64,000 nt of DNA from Halobacteriales archaeon QS_5_70_17 (GCA_003021975.1 PXRR01000017.1:6856-70855); one strand, 5' to 3'; shown: positions 39,767 to 51,762, counted from the stretch's first letter. Notes: generated by a model not told the origin, from the sequence alone. Numbers and translations are program-made.

Positions 39767-40836
39767 TCAGCGCGCCGAGTCCGGGGAGACGAACGCCCGC
39801 AACTGCTCGCGGGAGAACAGCGAGGTCGGCTCGTCCATGTGGACGGCGATCTCGCCCGAGAGCGCCCGCAGTCCGGCCCGCTGGACCGGTCGGGGCAGCG
39901 AGTACGCCAGCCGGACGGCGTGGCCCAGGCGGATCTCCGTCCGGAGCGCCCCGCGCCAGGCGTCCTCGTAGTCGCCCAGCGTCCCCGGATCCGTCGGATC
40001 GACCGTCCGGACGGCGTGATCGGCAGCCCGCATGCCGTAGAGGATGCCACCGCCGGTGAACGGCTTGGTCTGGCCGGCCGCGTCCCCGACGAGCAGGCTC
40101 CGCCGCCCGGTGATCCGCGAGGGCGGCCCGATCGGGATCAGCCCCGAGCACCGCCGGTCGAGGTCGACGCCGTACTCCGCCTGCAGGCGGTCGAACCGCC
40201 CGGAGACGTCGTCGCCCGGCGCGGCCGCGAGGCCGTACTCGACGCCCGCGGGACCCCGGGGGATGCGCCATGCGAAGAAGCGGGGGACCGTCAGGTGGAC
40301 GTCGACGAAGTCGGCATCGTCCGGCGCCTCGTCGAACCCGAGCACGCCGTGGAGGAACTCGCCGGGGTCGGGGATCGAACACGCCGAGCGCACCCGCGAG
40401 CGGGGTCCGTCGGCGCCGACGACCATCCGCGCCTCGTACTCCCCGGCCCCGTCGGGGCCGGTCGCGGTCACCGTCACGCGGTCGCGGCGCTCCGCGACGT
40501 CGGTGACGGTGTGGCCGTCTCGGACGTCCGCGCCGGCGTCGGCGGCCACCCGCGCGAGGGCCTTGTCCAGCCCCACCCGGTCGACGGCGTTCGAGATGGC
40601 GTCGCGGCGGTAGAACGGTTCGGCGTCGCTGCCCGGCCCGCCGACGTGGAAGCGCGCGCCGCGGATGGCGTTCTGGAACAGTTCCTCGCGGGCGCCGTCG
40701 GGAACGTAGTCCCACACGTCGAGGCTGACGTGTCCGGAGCACGCCAGCGGCTTGCCGATCTCGCCCTGTTCGAGGACGAGCACGTCGCGGCCCCGTTCGG
40801 CGCCGGCCCGGCGCCGACGACGACGAAGTCGTACAT
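39767..40836 (-). pseudogene. Geranylgeranyl reductase family flavoprotein with a short deletion/frameshift at ~40800
   Basis: MYDFVVVGAGPA, then a frame change to AERGRDVLVLEQGEIGKPLACSG; VGADG, VGDAAGQTKPFTGGGI. Confidence 0.87.
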
Positions 40837-40924
40837 TCGACTGTCCGTCACGCGTCGGGATTCATATATCTTCTCGCTTCCGGGGCCACCCCGGTCGGAC
40901 CGGGGGAGCCCCCATCATGCGGGA

Positions 40925-43864
40925 CTAGTCGTCGCCGGCGGCCGGCTGTTTCCGCTCGCCGCGGGGGCCGTCGAGGTCGACCGCGGGCAGGAGGTCCCGG
41001 AGGTAGCGCCCCGTGTGCGACTCCTCGACCGCGGCCACCGCCTCGGGCGTGCCCTCGGCGACGACCTCGCCGCCGTGCTCGCCGCCCTCCGGCCCGAGGT
41101 CGACGATGTGGTCGGCGTTCTTCACGAGGTCGAGTTCGTGCTCGACGACGACGACGGTGTTGCCGCCGTCGGTCAGCCGGTGGAGCACGTCGATCAGCTT
41201 GCGCTCGTCGTGGCTGTGCAGCCCCGTCGTCGGCTCGTCCAGCAGGTAGAGCGTCTCGCCGGTGTCTTTCTTCCCGAGCTCCTCGGCGAGTTTGATCCGC
41301 TGGGCCTCCCCGCCCGAGAGCGTCGTCGAGGGCTGGCCGAGCCGCATGTAGTCGAGACCGACGTCCTTCAGCAACTGGAGGCGTCGCTCGATCTGCGGGA
41401 CGTCCTCGAAGAAGTCGGAGGCCTCCTCGACGCTCATGTCGAGGACGTCGGAGATGGTGTTCCCGCCGTAGGTGACGTCCAGCGTCTCGTCGTTGTAGCG
41501 GGCCCCCTCACACTCCTCGCAGGGGACGTAGACGTCCGAGAGGAAGTTCATGTCGATCTTGACGGTCCCCTGACCGCTGCAGGCCTCACACCGCCCGCCC
41601 TTTACGTTGAACGAGAACCGTCCCTTCTCGTAGCCGCGCTGTTTTGCCAGCGGCGTCTGGGCGAACAGCTCTCGGATGTGGTCGAAGACGCCGGTGTACG
41701 TCGCCGGGTTCGAGCGGGGCGTGCGACCGATCGGCGATTGGTCGATCAGCCGGACGGTCTCGACGGCGTCGATCCCCTCGATGTCGTCGTGGTCGCCGGG
41801 GAAAACGTCCGTGTCGTTCATCCGCCGGACGAGCCCCTTGTAGAGGATCTCGTGGAGCAGCGTCGACTTACCCGACCCGGAGACGCCCGTGATCGCGGTG
41901 AAGTTCCCGAGCGGGATGTCCACGTCCAGGTCCTTCAGGTTGTGCTGGCGGGCGCCCCGGACGGTGAGGTGGCCGTCGGCCTCGCGGCGCTCGTCGGGGA
42001 CCGGGATCGCCTTCCGGCCGGCGAGGTAGTCGCCGGTGATCGACTCCTCGGCGTCCATCACGGCCTCGGCGTCGCCGTTGACCACGACCTCGCCGCCTCG
42101 CTTGCCGGGGCCGGGCCCCATGTCGATGATGTTGTCCGCGCGCCACATCGTCTCCTCGTCGTGCTCGACGACGACCAGCGTGTTCCCCAGGTCGCGCAGT
42201 CCCTCCAGGGTGTCCAGCAGGCGGTCGTTGTCGCGCTGGTGGAGGCCGATGGATGGCTCGTCGAGGACGTAGAGGACGCCGACGAGGCCGGAGCCGACCT
42301 GCGTGGCCAGCCGGATGCGCTGGCTCTCCCCGCCCGAGAGCGTCGACGCCTCGCGGTCGAGCGTGAGGTACTCCAGGCCGACCTCCTCCATGAAACCGAG
42401 GCGGGCGCGGATCTCCTTGACGATCTCCTCGGCGATGGTCCGGTCGCGCTCCGAGAGGGCCGCCTCCAGCCCCTCGAAGTGCGCCAGGGCGTCGCCGATG
42501 GACATGCGGTTGACCTCGGTGATCGGCGTCCCGGCGACCAGCACCGCCCGCGAGGCGGGCTTCAGCCGCGTCCCGTCGCAGGCCGGGCAGGTCGTCGTCG
42601 CCATGTAGTCCTCGATGTGCTCGCGGGTGCTCTCGGAGTCGGTCTCGACGTACCGGCGGTCGAGGTTCGGGATCACCCCCTCGAAGCGCTTCTCCTTGCG
42701 CCGGGTGCCGTTCCGCGTCGATCGCCGGAAGACGACCTCCTCGTCGGTGCCGTAGAGGAACGCCTCTCGCACGTCGGGATCGAGGTCCTCGAAGGGGGTC
42801 GACAGCGAGACGCCGAAGTGCTCGGCGACGGCGTCCAGCCGAGTGCGGTAGTACGACCGCGAGTAGCTCCAGGGCTCGAAGACCTCCTTGAGGGGCTTCG
42901 ACGGGTCCCGGACGACGAGGTCTTCGTCGACCTCCTTGGTCTCGCCGATCCCCTCGCAGGCAGGGCAGGCGCCGTGGGGCGAGTTGAAGGAGAACGACCG
43001 GGTCTCGATCTCGGGAAGGTCGATCCCGCAGTGAGTGCAGGCGAGGTCCTCCGAGAACGCAACCACCAGGCGGTCGTCCTCCTCGCCGGCCAGATCGCCC
43101 GTCGACCGGGCGGTCGCGCCGCCCAGTTCCGCGTCCTCGGAAGGGTCGGGCAGAATCACCCTCAGCGTCCCGTCGGCCTCCTCGAGGGCGGTCTCGACGG
43201 AGTCGGTGATCCGCGAGCGGGCCTCCTCGCTGACCTTCACGCGGTCGACGATCACGTCGACGCTGTGGAAGTAGTTCTCGTCGAGGTCCGGACGGTCGGT
43301 CGCGAGGTCGTACTCCTCGCCGTCGATCTCGACGCGGGCGTACCCCTCGGCCAGCAGTTCGTCGAAGAGATCCTCGAAGGCTCCCTTCTGGTCGCGGACG
43401 ACCGGCGCTGCGAGTTTGGCCTTCGTCCCCTCGGGGAGGTCGAGGATCCGCGAGACCATGTTCTGGGCGCTCTGTTCGCCGACCTCGCGGCCGCACTCCG
43501 GGCAGTGGGGCGTGCCGACCCGGGCGTACAGCAGGCGGAGGTAGTCGTGGAGTTCGGTGACGGTCCCGACCGTCGATCGGGGGTTGTTGGCCGCGTTCTT
43601 CTGGTCGATCGAGATGGCCGGCGAGAGCCCCTCGACGGTCTCGACCTGGGGCTTGTCCATCTGCCCGAGGAAGTTGCGGGCGTACGCCGACAGCGACTCG
43701 ATGTAGCGGCGCTGTCCCTCGGCGTAGACGGTCTCGAAGGCCAGCGAGGACTTCCCCGACCCCGAGAGGCCAGTCACGACCGTGAACTCCTCGCGGGGGA
43801 TCTCGACGTCGACGTCCTTCAGGTTGTGTTCCTCGGCCCCCCGGACCTCGATGAACTCCTTCAT
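40925..43864 (-). CDS. uvrA: Excinuclease ABC subunit A
   Basis: Two ABC modules ([25 protein letters not shown] twice) and zinc fingers. Confidence 0.98.
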   Translation of the reverse strand: MKEFIEVRGAEEHNLKDVDVEIPREEFTVVTGLSGSGKSSLAFETVYAEGQRRYIESLSAYARNFLGQMDKPQVETVEGLSPAISIDQKNAANNPRSTVGTVTELHDYLRLLYARVGTPHCPECGREVGEQSAQNMVSRILDLPEGTKAKLAAPVVRDQKGAFEDLFDELLAEGYARVEIDGEEYDLATDRPDLDENYFHSVDVIVDRVKVSEEARSRITDSVETALEEADGTLRVILPDPSEDAELGGATARSTGDLAGEEDDRLVVAFSEDLACTHCGIDLPEIETRSFSFNSPHGACPACEGIGETKEVDEDLVVRDPSKPLKEVFEPWSYSRSYYRTRLDAVAEHFGVSLSTPFEDLDPDVREAFLYGTDEEVVFRRSTRNGTRRKEKRFEGVIPNLDRRYVETDSESTREHIEDYMATTTCPACDGTRLKPASRAVLVAGTPITEVNRMSIGDALAHFEGLEAALSERDRTIAEEIVKEIRARLGFMEEVGLEYLTLDREASTLSGGESQRIRLATQVGSGLVGVLYVLDEPSIGLHQRDNDRLLDTLEGLRDLGNTLVVVEHDEETMWRADNIIDMGPGPGKRGGEVVVNGDAEAVMDAEESITGDYLAGRKAIPVPDERREADGHLTVRGARQHNLKDLDVDIPLGNFTAITGVSGSGKSTLLHEILYKGLVRRMNDTDVFPGDHDDIEGIDAVETVRLIDQSPIGRTPRSNPATYTGVFDHIRELFAQTPLAKQRGYEKGRFSFNVKGGRCEACSGQGTVKIDMNFLSDVYVPCEECEGARYNDETLDVTYGGNTISDVLDMSVEEASDFFEDVPQIERRLQLLKDVGLDYMRLGQPSTTLSGGEAQRIKLAEELGKKDTGETLYLLDEPTTGLHSHDERKLIDVLHRLTDGGNTVVVVEHELDLVKNADHIVDLGPEGGEHGGEVVAEGTPEAVAAVEESHTGRYLRDLLPAVDLDGPRGERKQPAAGDD

Positions 43865-44012
43865 CAACTGCGCCAGGAGTGGACCGCCTGAAACCCTGTC
43901 GGTCGCGGGGCGCCGGTGCGGTTTCCGTCGGGTCGAGGGGCGGTGCGAGGCGCCGCCGGGGGTCCGGCCGCGCCGGCGGAGTTTTAATACCGGTCACGGG
44001 AGAAGCGCCGCC

Positions 44013-44594
44013 ATGGCCGACGCTGACGCGGACGACGTCATCGCCGGGATCGACCTCTCGGGCGACCGGTACGCAGTCAAACAGAGCCTCGTGCGGAACA
44101 GGTACGCCGTCCTCGACGAGGGAGGGAGCGTCGTCCTCCGGGGGAAACAGAAGCTGCTCAAGGTCAGAGAGGAGTTCCCCTTCACCGGCGCCGACGGGGA
44201 CGTCGTCTTCCGCATCAAGGCGAAGAACCTGCTCGACGTCGCGGGCAGCTACGCGCTGGTCGACGAGGGAACCGGCGAGACGTTCGCGGTCATCGAGAAG
44301 GAGTTCACGCTGTTCACCCACGTCTACAACGTCCGGAGCCCCGGCGGGGACCTCCTCGCGCGCATCGCGTCCGAGAGCGCCGTCGTGATGGCGCTGAAGA
44401 GCGTCTCTGACCTCGCGGGGCTGCTCCCTCACTCCTACTCGATCACCGGTCCCGACGGCGCCTCGATCGGGTCGATCGAGGAGCGGTTCTCGCTCCGGGA
44501 CGTCTACGACGTCCACGTGGGAGACACCGGCGATGCGCCCCACGAGGCCATCGTCGCCGCCGCCTGCGCCATCGACGCGCTCGAGGGCAACTGA
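44013..44594 (+). CDS. LURP-one/scramblase family protein
   Basis: [38 protein letters not shown]. Confidence 0.83.
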   Translation: MADADADDVIAGIDLSGDRYAVKQSLVRNRYAVLDEGGSVVLRGKQKLLKVREEFPFTGADGDVVFRIKAKNLLDVAGSYALVDEGTGETFAVIEKEFTLFTHVYNVRSPGGDLLARIASESAVVMALKSVSDLAGLLPHSYSITGPDGASIGSIEERFSLRDVYDVHVGDTGDAPHEAIVAAACAIDALEGN

Positions 44595-44739
44595 CGCGAC
44601 TGGCCGGCGGCAGTCTCTCCCGGGCGCGACCGGGCCGGATCGGGTCCGGACGCCGGGCGCGAGACCGACCGCTCCACCGGCGGGAGCGGCGACGCCGAGG
44701 AAGTGGCGCTTTTTGTCCCTCGCCGCCGTCGGTACGCCC

Positions 44740-45309
44740 ATGATGGCCCCGACGCACGTCCTCGCTGGACTCGCCGGGGCGTCCCTGCTGGTCGCGACCG
44801 CCCCCGAGCACGCGACAGTCGGCGCGCTCGCGGCCGCCGCCGGCGGGGTCGCCCCCGACCTGGACGCGCTGGTCGGCACTCACCGCCGGACGCTGCACTC
44901 CCCGGTCTACGGGACGCTCGTCGCCGCGCCGGCGGTCGCGCTCGCGGCGCTGGCCCCGTCGGCGCTCACGGTCGCGCTCGCGGCGTTTCTCGGCGCGGCC
45001 GCGCTGCACGCCGTCGCCGACGCCCTCGAAGGGGGACGGGAACTCCGCCCGTGGGAGCGCACGACCGACCGGGCGGTCTACAGCCACTACCACGGCCGGT
45101 GGCTGCGTGCCCGCCGGCTGGTCCGCTACGACGGCGCCCCCGAGGACCTCGTGCTCGCGGCGCTGCTGGCGGTACCGTCGCTCGCCGTTCTCCCCGGAGC
45201 GCTCCGGTGGCTCCCCGCGGCCTGTCTCGCCGTGGCCGTCCCGTACGCCCTGGTCCGCCGGCGGATCCCCGGCCTGGTCGAGCGGTTCCGGGCGCGGACG
45301 CGGGCGTGA
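44740..45309 (+). CDS. Membrane-bound metal-dependent hydrolase (YdjM-like)
   Basis: MMAPTH, PDLD, HRRTLHSP, HAVADAL. Confidence 0.85.
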   Translation: MMAPTHVLAGLAGASLLVATAPEHATVGALAAAAGGVAPDLDALVGTHRRTLHSPVYGTLVAAPAVALAALAPSALTVALAAFLGAAALHAVADALEGGRELRPWERTTDRAVYSHYHGRWLRARRLVRYDGAPEDLVLAALLAVPSLAVLPGALRWLPAACLAVAVPYALVRRRIPGLVERFRARTRA

Positions 45310-45511
45310 GCGTGAGCGAGGACGGGACTCGGATCGGCGCCCCCGCGAAGGTGCGATGGACACCCCCGCCTCGCCCGCGGTCGGACGCCCGCAGCGGGCG
45401 GAGACGGTCGCCCTCGCCCTCCTCACGTGACGTGTGTAGCTCCGACCGCGGTCGGTCGAATAGGTGTTGCCGCCGCGGCCATCGAGCGGGTCTCGTAGCC
45501 ACCGGACAGGA

Positions 45512-46397
45512 ATGCCCGGGGTCGAACGCGGACGCCTGCGCTCGCTGGCGGATCGCGGCCGTCGAGGCCTGCCGCTGGTCGGGGCGACCGGGGCCGCCGC
45601 CGTCGGCCGGGCGGCCCTTGGAGACCGGCGTAGTCGCGCTGCCGACGGCAGTCGGTCCCCGGATCCTCGGCGGCCTGCTGGCGCTTGCGTTCGCGGCGCT
45701 GGCCTGCTGGGGTCTCGTCCTCGCGGTCGTCCTCTGGGCGCTCGGGACGGACGTCGGGCCGGCCCGGGCGGCCGGTCTCTCGCTGGCGACGAAGTTCGTC
45801 GGCGCGGTCGCTCCCTTCGGCCAGGCGACCGGCGGACCCGTCAGCGGGCTACTGGTCGCCTCGGGCGTCGACGTGGAGTACGAGCGGGCGCTGGCCGCTG
45901 TCGTCGCCGTCGACGCCGTTACCTGCGCGAGGGGGCTGGCGCTCGGAGCGGTCGGCGCCGGAGTCGGTGGTCCGGCCGGCCGTCGGCTCCCGGGGGCCCC
46001 GGCCGCTATCGCGGTCGTCGCCGGGGGCGCGCTGGCCCGCCTCCACCCGCGGTTCGAGTCGCCGGGGCGAGCGGCCGTCCACGAACGGATCGGCGGGCCG
46101 TTCGCGGCCGTCGGGCGAATCCTGCGGGCGGTCGACGCGTCGGTGGCGTTCCCGCTGCTCCTCGGCGTGCTCCCGCCGGCGAGCGTCGGCACGCTGGTGC
46201 CGTCACCCGGGGGCGCGGCCGGCGTCGAGGCGGCGCTGATCGGCCTGCTGGTCTCGCTGGCGGGCGTCGCGGTCGCGCCGGCGTCGGCGGCGGTCCTCCC
46301 CTTCCGGACGGCGACGTTCTGGGCGCCCCTTCCGGTGCGTGCGCTGCCGGCGGCCTGTTTCGGCGGCCGCGAGCTGTTCCGGGCGGCGCTGCCCTGA
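45512..46397 (+). pseudogene. Degraded UPF0104 / lysylphosphatidylglycerol synthase TM (flippase-like) gene
   Basis: PFGQATGGP, PSPGGAAGVEAAL, FRTATFW motifs; the N-terminal part is in another frame and the gene looks shortened. Confidence 0.7.
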
Positions 46398-47135
46398 TCA
46401 GACCGACTCGGGGAGCCACCCGCCGTCGATCTCGACGTTCTCGCCGCTGACGTAGCTGCTGTCCTCATCGCAGAAGAACAGCAGCGCCTGCCGGAGGTCC
46501 TCGAAGGCCGCCGGACGGTTCCGCGGGAGGTCCTCGGGGAACTCATCGGAGTTCTCGACGACGTACGGCGAGACGGCGTTGACGGTGATCCCGTCGTCCT
46601 GGGTGTCGGCCGCGAGCATCCGGGTGAACATGAGCACGCCCGCCTTCGCCGCGAAGTACGGGAAGTTCTTTGGGCTGACCAGCCCCTTCTCGCTGGAGGC
46701 GTAGCCGACGTTGACGATCCGTCCCCACCCGGCCTCGCGCATGGGACCCAGCGCCCGCCGCGAACAGAGACAGGTCGCGTTGAAGTTCGTCTCGAGGACT
46801 CCGTTCCAGGTGTCCCAGTCGATGTCGGTCCAGTGGCTGGGCGCGAAGTCCCCGACGTTGTTGACGAGCACGTCCACGCTCCCCAGGTCGGCCTCGACGG
46901 CCTCGAACAGCGCGTCGACGCCCTCGGGGTCGGTCACGTCCGCGCGGACGGTCGTCGCCGCCGCGCCGCGGTTCCGGAGGTCCTCGGCGACCTCGCGGGC
47001 GGCGTCGGCGCTCGTGTGGTAGTGGACCGCGGCGTCGGCACCGCTGTCGACGAGCGCTGCCAGCAGTCGGCGCCCGATGCCCCTCGCGCTGCCCGTCACG
47101 AGTGCCGTCCGGCCGTCGAGATCCGGCTCGATCAT
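46398..47135 (-). CDS. SDR oxidoreductase
   Basis: TGSARGIG, NNVG, YFAAK, DGG. Confidence 0.92.
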   Translation of the reverse strand: MIEPDLDGRTALVTGSARGIGRRLLAALVDSGADAAVHYHTSADAAREVAEDLRNRGAAATTVRADVTDPEGVDALFEAVEADLGSVDVLVNNVGDFAPSHWTDIDWDTWNGVLETNFNATCLCSRRALGPMREAGWGRIVNVGYASSEKGLVSPKNFPYFAAKAGVLMFTRMLAADTQDDGITVNAVSPYVVENSDEFPEDLPRNRPAAFEDLRQALLFFCDEDSSYVSGENVEIDGGWLPESV

Positions 47136-47180
47136 GTCCGGGGCTGCGGGCGCCGGCGGCTTACCACCTCGGGATCGGAA

Positions 47181-47576
47181 TCACCGCCTGGCGCGGCGCT
47201 TCCACTCCCGTTCCTGGCCGCGCTCGGTGAGGTGGCGCCGGCCGTCGGCGATCTCCTCGCGGGCCGCCCGCTCGAAGCCCGTCACCGAGGCGAGAAAGCC
47301 CGACTCGAAGTCCTCCAGCAGGTCGTAGCTCCACCGCTCGCCGTTCTCCCGGACGACCCCCAGGGGGAGGTGCTCGTCGCGCAGTTCGTCGGCGAGACTG
47401 TCCCGGTCGGTCGCCCGCAGCAGCTGTTCGGCCTCCGCGAGGTGGTCCATCGCGTGGCCCGTGTTGTGATGGAAGGCGACGAGGTTCCCGTGGGCCCGCC
47501 GGAGCCACTCTACGCCGAGTTCGATCCGGTGGAGGGCCTCGCGCTCCTCCTCGGTGACGTCCTCGCTCCCGTGCAT
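47181..47576 (-). CDS. Conserved haloarchaeal hypothetical protein
   Basis: EALHRIELGVEWLRRAHGNLVAFHHNTGHAMDHL...RWSYDLLE; host-like codon use. Confidence 0.8.
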   Translation of the reverse strand: MHGSEDVTEEEREALHRIELGVEWLRRAHGNLVAFHHNTGHAMDHLAEAEQLLRATDRDSLADELRDEHLPLGVVRENGERWSYDLLEDFESGFLASVTGFERAAREEIADGRRHLTERGQEREWKRRARR

Positions 47577-47866
47577 ATCGTTAACGTAACACGTTCCAGG
47601 GTTTATCACTGTCGGACGGACCGGCCTCGCAGGGGTGCGTCCCTCGAACGGTCGCGGCGAGCCGGCGTCGCCGCACGGTAGTTCGGTCGGCGCGCACCCG
47701 TCCGTATCGCGCCCGTTCCTCCCCTCACGTCCGGTCGCGGTTGTCGCGGACCGCCCCCTGCGAGGGTCCGCACGCTCGGGGTAACCACCCCCTACCCTCG
47801 GAAGGTTAACACGGTCCCGAAGTAATGTGTCGGTATTTAAGTTGAAGCGCGGCCCCTGATTCGACA

Positions 47867-48829
47867 ATGCCCTACTACGCGGGCGTCGACCTGGGGGCGA
47901 CGAACATCCGTGCGGTGGTCGGCGACGGCGACGGGGAGGTCCTCGCCCGGAGTCGGCGCGAGACGCCGACCGGACCGACGGGTATCGCCGTCACGGAGGC
48001 CATCCTCTCGGCGCTGCGGGAGGCCTGCGAGACCGCCGGCGTGGGTCCGGACCGCCTGGAGGCGGCGGGCCTGTGTTCGTTCGGTCCGCTCGACCTCCAG
48101 GAGGGGACCGTCGAGAACCCCGCCAACCTGCCCGAGAGCGTCGACCGCATCCCGCTGACCGGCCCGGTCGGGAACCTGATCGGCTCGGACCGGGTCTACC
48201 TCCACAACGACACCAGCGCCGGCGTCATCGGCGAGCGCTTCTTCAGCGATCGCAACCCCGACGACATGATCTACCTGACGCTCTCCAGCGGCATCGGCGC
48301 CGGTGTCACCGTCGACGGCCACGTTCTCCAGGGGTGGGACGGCAACGCCGGCGAGGTCGGCCACATGACCGTCGACCCCGAGGGACGGATGACCTGTGGC
48401 TGCGGCCGGCCGGGCCACTGGGAGGCGTACTGCTCGGGGAACAACATCCCCCGCTACGCCCGCCACATCCACGAGACCCAGAGCGTGCCGACCGACCTCC
48501 CGCTGGACGCCGAGAGCTTCGACGCCGCGGACGTCTTCGCGGCCGAGGCGACCGGCGACCCGCTGGCGGTCCACACGGTCGAGCGGGTGGCCGAGTGGAA
48601 CGCGATCGGCGTCGCGAACATCTGTCACGCCTACGCGCCGCTGGTGATCTACGTCGGCGGCGCCGTCGCGCTCAACAACCCCGACCGGGTGCTCGACCCG
48701 ATCCGCGAGCGCCTCGAGGGGCGGCTGCTGGTCAACCGCCCCGACGTCGAACTGACGAAACTCGGCGACGACGTGGTCGTCCTCGGCGCACTGGCGAGCG
48801 CCGTCACCGGCGGCGGCACGCGGCGGTAG
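47867..48829 (+). CDS. ROK family sugar kinase (probable glucokinase)
   Basis: GVDLGATN, HND, SGIGAG, GEVGH, CGCG..GHWEAYCSG; TATTTAA ~30 nt upstream. Confidence 0.92.
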   Translation: MPYYAGVDLGATNIRAVVGDGDGEVLARSRRETPTGPTGIAVTEAILSALREACETAGVGPDRLEAAGLCSFGPLDLQEGTVENPANLPESVDRIPLTGPVGNLIGSDRVYLHNDTSAGVIGERFFSDRNPDDMIYLTLSSGIGAGVTVDGHVLQGWDGNAGEVGHMTVDPEGRMTCGCGRPGHWEAYCSGNNIPRYARHIHETQSVPTDLPLDAESFDAADVFAAEATGDPLAVHTVERVAEWNAIGVANICHAYAPLVIYVGGAVALNNPDRVLDPIRERLEGRLLVNRPDVELTKLGDDVVVLGALASAVTGGGTRR

Positions 48830-48879
48830 CCGACGGACGGGACCGCAAGGCCTACCACCTGACGCGACCTCGCTGGGGC

Positions 48880-50412
48880 ATGCGCGATCCCCGGTCGAGC
48901 GTCACCCGGCGGCGGGTCCTCCGCACCGCCGGGAGCGCGCTCGCCCTCCCCGCACTCGGCGGGTTATCGACGACCCGCGTTCGGGCACACCCCGAGTCCG
49001 AGCCCGGCTCCCAGTCCGGAACCGAGACCGAGACCGAAACCGACTCCGGAGGACCGCGCGCGCACCCCGAGGACTACGGTCCCCTCGGCCGCGTCGAGGT
49101 CGCCGGAGCGAAGGAAGCCGTCGTCGCCGACGGCACTGCCTACCTCGCGACGACCTCCGGGTTCGCGACCGTCGACCTCGCCGACCCGGCCTCGCCGTCG
49201 GTGCTCGCCGAGCGCCGCGATCTCCTCTCGGACCGCGAGAACGGTCCGCTGCACGACGTCTGGGACGTGGCGTTCGACCGCGACGCTCTCCTGGTCGTGG
49301 GTCCCGCCCACGGCGGCGACGACCTCGCGGCCGCCGTCGTCTACGACGTGAGCGACCCGGCGGACCCGCGACGGCGCACCGTCCACGAGACCGACTACCC
49401 CATCCACAACGCCTTCCTCGACGGAGAGACCGCATACCTCACCGGCAACGACGGCCGCAGGAACCCGATGGTCGCCGTCGACGCGACCGGCGGCGGAGAA
49501 CTGGGGCGGTGGTCGGTCGCCGACGCCGACGAGGCGTGGCTGGACGTTCCCTCCGGACTCCGGACGCTGCACGACCTCTGGGTACAGGACGGCGTCGCCT
49601 CGCTGGCCTACTGGGACGCCGGCACGTGGCAGGTCGACGTGAGCGACCCGACCGCCCCGGAACTGATCGCCCGTATCCGCGGGGCCGACCCCTCGGCGGT
49701 CGCCGAGCGCGACCGGGCGAACGTGCTCGAACCGCCGGGCAACGACCACTACGTCACGGTCGACGAGGACGGGACGCTGCTGGGGGTCGGCGTGGAGTCC
49801 TGGGACGCGACCCCGGACCGGCCGGGCGGCGGCCCCGGCAGGATCCACCTCTACGACGTCTCGACGCCGACCGATCCCCGGGAGGTGGCGACGATCACCC
49901 CGCCGCGCGCCGACGACGAGACCCGCGGGGGGACCTGGACCACCGCCCACAACTTCGAACTCTCGAACGACCGCCTCTACAGCGCCTGGTACCAGGGGGG
50001 CGTCCGAGTGTTCGACCTCTCGAACCCCTCGGCGCCCGGTCTCCTCCGGGCGTGGGAGGACCGCGACGCCGCGAGCTTCTGGACCGCGCGGACGGCCGCC
50101 TCCGGCGACTTCTTCGTCGCGAGTTCGACCGACTATCGGGGGAAGCTCCCGGCGCTGTTCACCTTCCCCGACGCGGGGCCCGACGAGCGCTCGACGCTGA
50201 CTCAGACGCCGACGCCCACCGACACCCCGGACGCGGGGAACTCCTCGAACGGCGGATCGGCCGGCGAATCCCCGGACGGGAGCACCGAGACGCCGACCGA
50301 GACGCCCACGCCGACCGCGACGAGCGAGGACGGTCCCGGATTCGGTCCGCTGGCCGCGCTGGCCGGCCTCGGCGCCGGCGCGTGGGCCGCGCTCCGGAGC
50401 GGCGGGAACTGA
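48880..50412 (+). CDS. LVIVD-repeat surface protein with Tat signal and PGF-CTERM
   Basis: TRRRVLR, repeated xDVSDP motifs, AHNF, SAWYQGGV, Thr/Pro-rich linker, GPGFG followed by TM. Confidence 0.88.
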   Translation: MRDPRSSVTRRRVLRTAGSALALPALGGLSTTRVRAHPESEPGSQSGTETETETDSGGPRAHPEDYGPLGRVEVAGAKEAVVADGTAYLATTSGFATVDLADPASPSVLAERRDLLSDRENGPLHDVWDVAFDRDALLVVGPAHGGDDLAAAVVYDVSDPADPRRRTVHETDYPIHNAFLDGETAYLTGNDGRRNPMVAVDATGGGELGRWSVADADEAWLDVPSGLRTLHDLWVQDGVASLAYWDAGTWQVDVSDPTAPELIARIRGADPSAVAERDRANVLEPPGNDHYVTVDEDGTLLGVGVESWDATPDRPGGGPGRIHLYDVSTPTDPREVATITPPRADDETRGGTWTTAHNFELSNDRLYSAWYQGGVRVFDLSNPSAPGLLRAWEDRDAASFWTARTAASGDFFVASSTDYRGKLPALFTFPDAGPDERSTLTQTPTPTDTPDAGNSSNGGSAGESPDGSTETPTETPTPTATSEDGPGFGPLAALAGLGAGAWAALRSGGN

Positions 50413-50417
50413 CGCCG

Positions 50418-51762
50418 CTAGTCCCGCAGCGCGCTCTCGACGGCGCCGGCGACGCTCCGGGCCCGCTCGGCCAGCGGTTCGGACACCCGGTCGGCGGCCA
50501 CCGCGGCGTCGAGTTCGTCGTCGTCGACCCGCTCGACGGTCCCGTCGCCGTGTTTGACTACGTCCACGTGAAGGTCGACGTACCGGGCGGCTTCCGGGAA
50601 CAGTTCGACGGGCGTGCAGACGTTGACGTACGTTCCCCGGCGCCGGCCGTCGCCGCTCCGGTAGACCCGTCATCCGCCGGCGGACGGTGATCCCGCCGTC
50701 GGGGTCGTAGTCGGTCACCTCCCCCTCTCCGAGGACGATCAGGCGACCGTCGGGCTTGCCGTGACCGATCGCCACCTCGTCGCCCTCCCGGGGGCCGAAC
50801 TGCCTGGTGAGCGCGGCGAAGGGAAAAGCGCCCTCGTCGCCGCCGCTCTCGGGCCCGCAGACGGCCTCAGCGAAGTCGACAGCGGCGCTTGCGGCCTCGG
50901 TCGCCGCCTTGCACCGGTGGTGACCGGCCATCGTCGCCGTCACCGCCCGCCGGTGGTCGTCGAGCGCGAACCGGGAGGCCCGGCCGAACCAGACCCACGT
51001 CGTCGCCCGTCCCTCGGTCAGTCGCCCCGGGTCGCCCACCTCCTCGCCGAGGGCGTCGACGTCGGCGGCCCGGTCGTTGAGGCGCTCGAGGGTCGCCGCC
51101 AGCGCGTCCAGGTCGGCGTCCTCGGCGGCGTCGTCCCAGCGGACCGCCCACCCCTCCCGCGGATCGGCCGGGAGGACGCTCGCGAGTTCCAGCGCCGCCC
51201 CGCTCTCGTCCTCGCCGGGGACGAGTCGCGCCAGCCCCGACTCGACGACCGCGACCGGGTCACACAGCGGTCGGTCGTCGTCCCACGGCGGGACCGCCGA
51301 CCGGACCTGCACGCGGAGCGCGTCGCCCTCCTCGACGTAGTCGTCGGTCCGGTCGAACGGGAGGTACCCCTCGGCGGGACCCAGGTCGAGGACGGCCCCC
51401 CGGGTCCCGGTAGAGGCCACGCGGGCGTCGAACACCGCACCCGTCGGCGCGGGGTCCGACCACGCCAGCGCGTCGACGCCCACCGCCCGGAGTGAGGGGC
51501 CGACGGCGTCGACGGCGGCGGTCCGGCCCTCGACCCCTACGCCCTGGCGGTCACGGGTGGTCGCCACCCCGACGTCGGCGGGGACCGGCGGCAGGTCGAC
51601 GTCGAACCGATCGCGCAGCGCCGCCGATCCCTGGACCACCTCGTGGCCGCGGTCGGTCAACAGGCGGGTCAGCGCCGTCGCGTAGATGCCCCGCACCCGG
51701 ACGCGCGCGGCGTCGCGGTCGCCGTCGTCCCCGGCGGTCCCCTCGCTGTCCCCGGAACTCAT
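50418..51762 (-). pseudogene. FAU-1 / DUF402 RNA-binding ribonuclease with deletion/frameshift at ~50670
   Basis: VRVRGIYATALT, S1-like domain, GHHRCKA, HGKPDG; C-terminal YVNVCTPVELFP..RYVDLHVDV is in a different frame and ends at TAG 50418. Confidence 0.87.

Noticed and set aside
39839-43891. 1350-aa plus-strand ORF, and many similar long antisense or Arg/Pro-rich ORFs
   Set aside because: Shadow ORFs opposite real genes (here uvrA and the reductase), caused by high GC and codon bias; no motifs.
47790-47845. Possible TrmB box upstream of the ROK kinase
   Set aside because: Only a degenerate half-site (AAGTA); too weak to call.
49015-49050. ACCGAG tandem repeats
   Set aside because: Encodes a Thr-Glu linker in the LVIVD protein.
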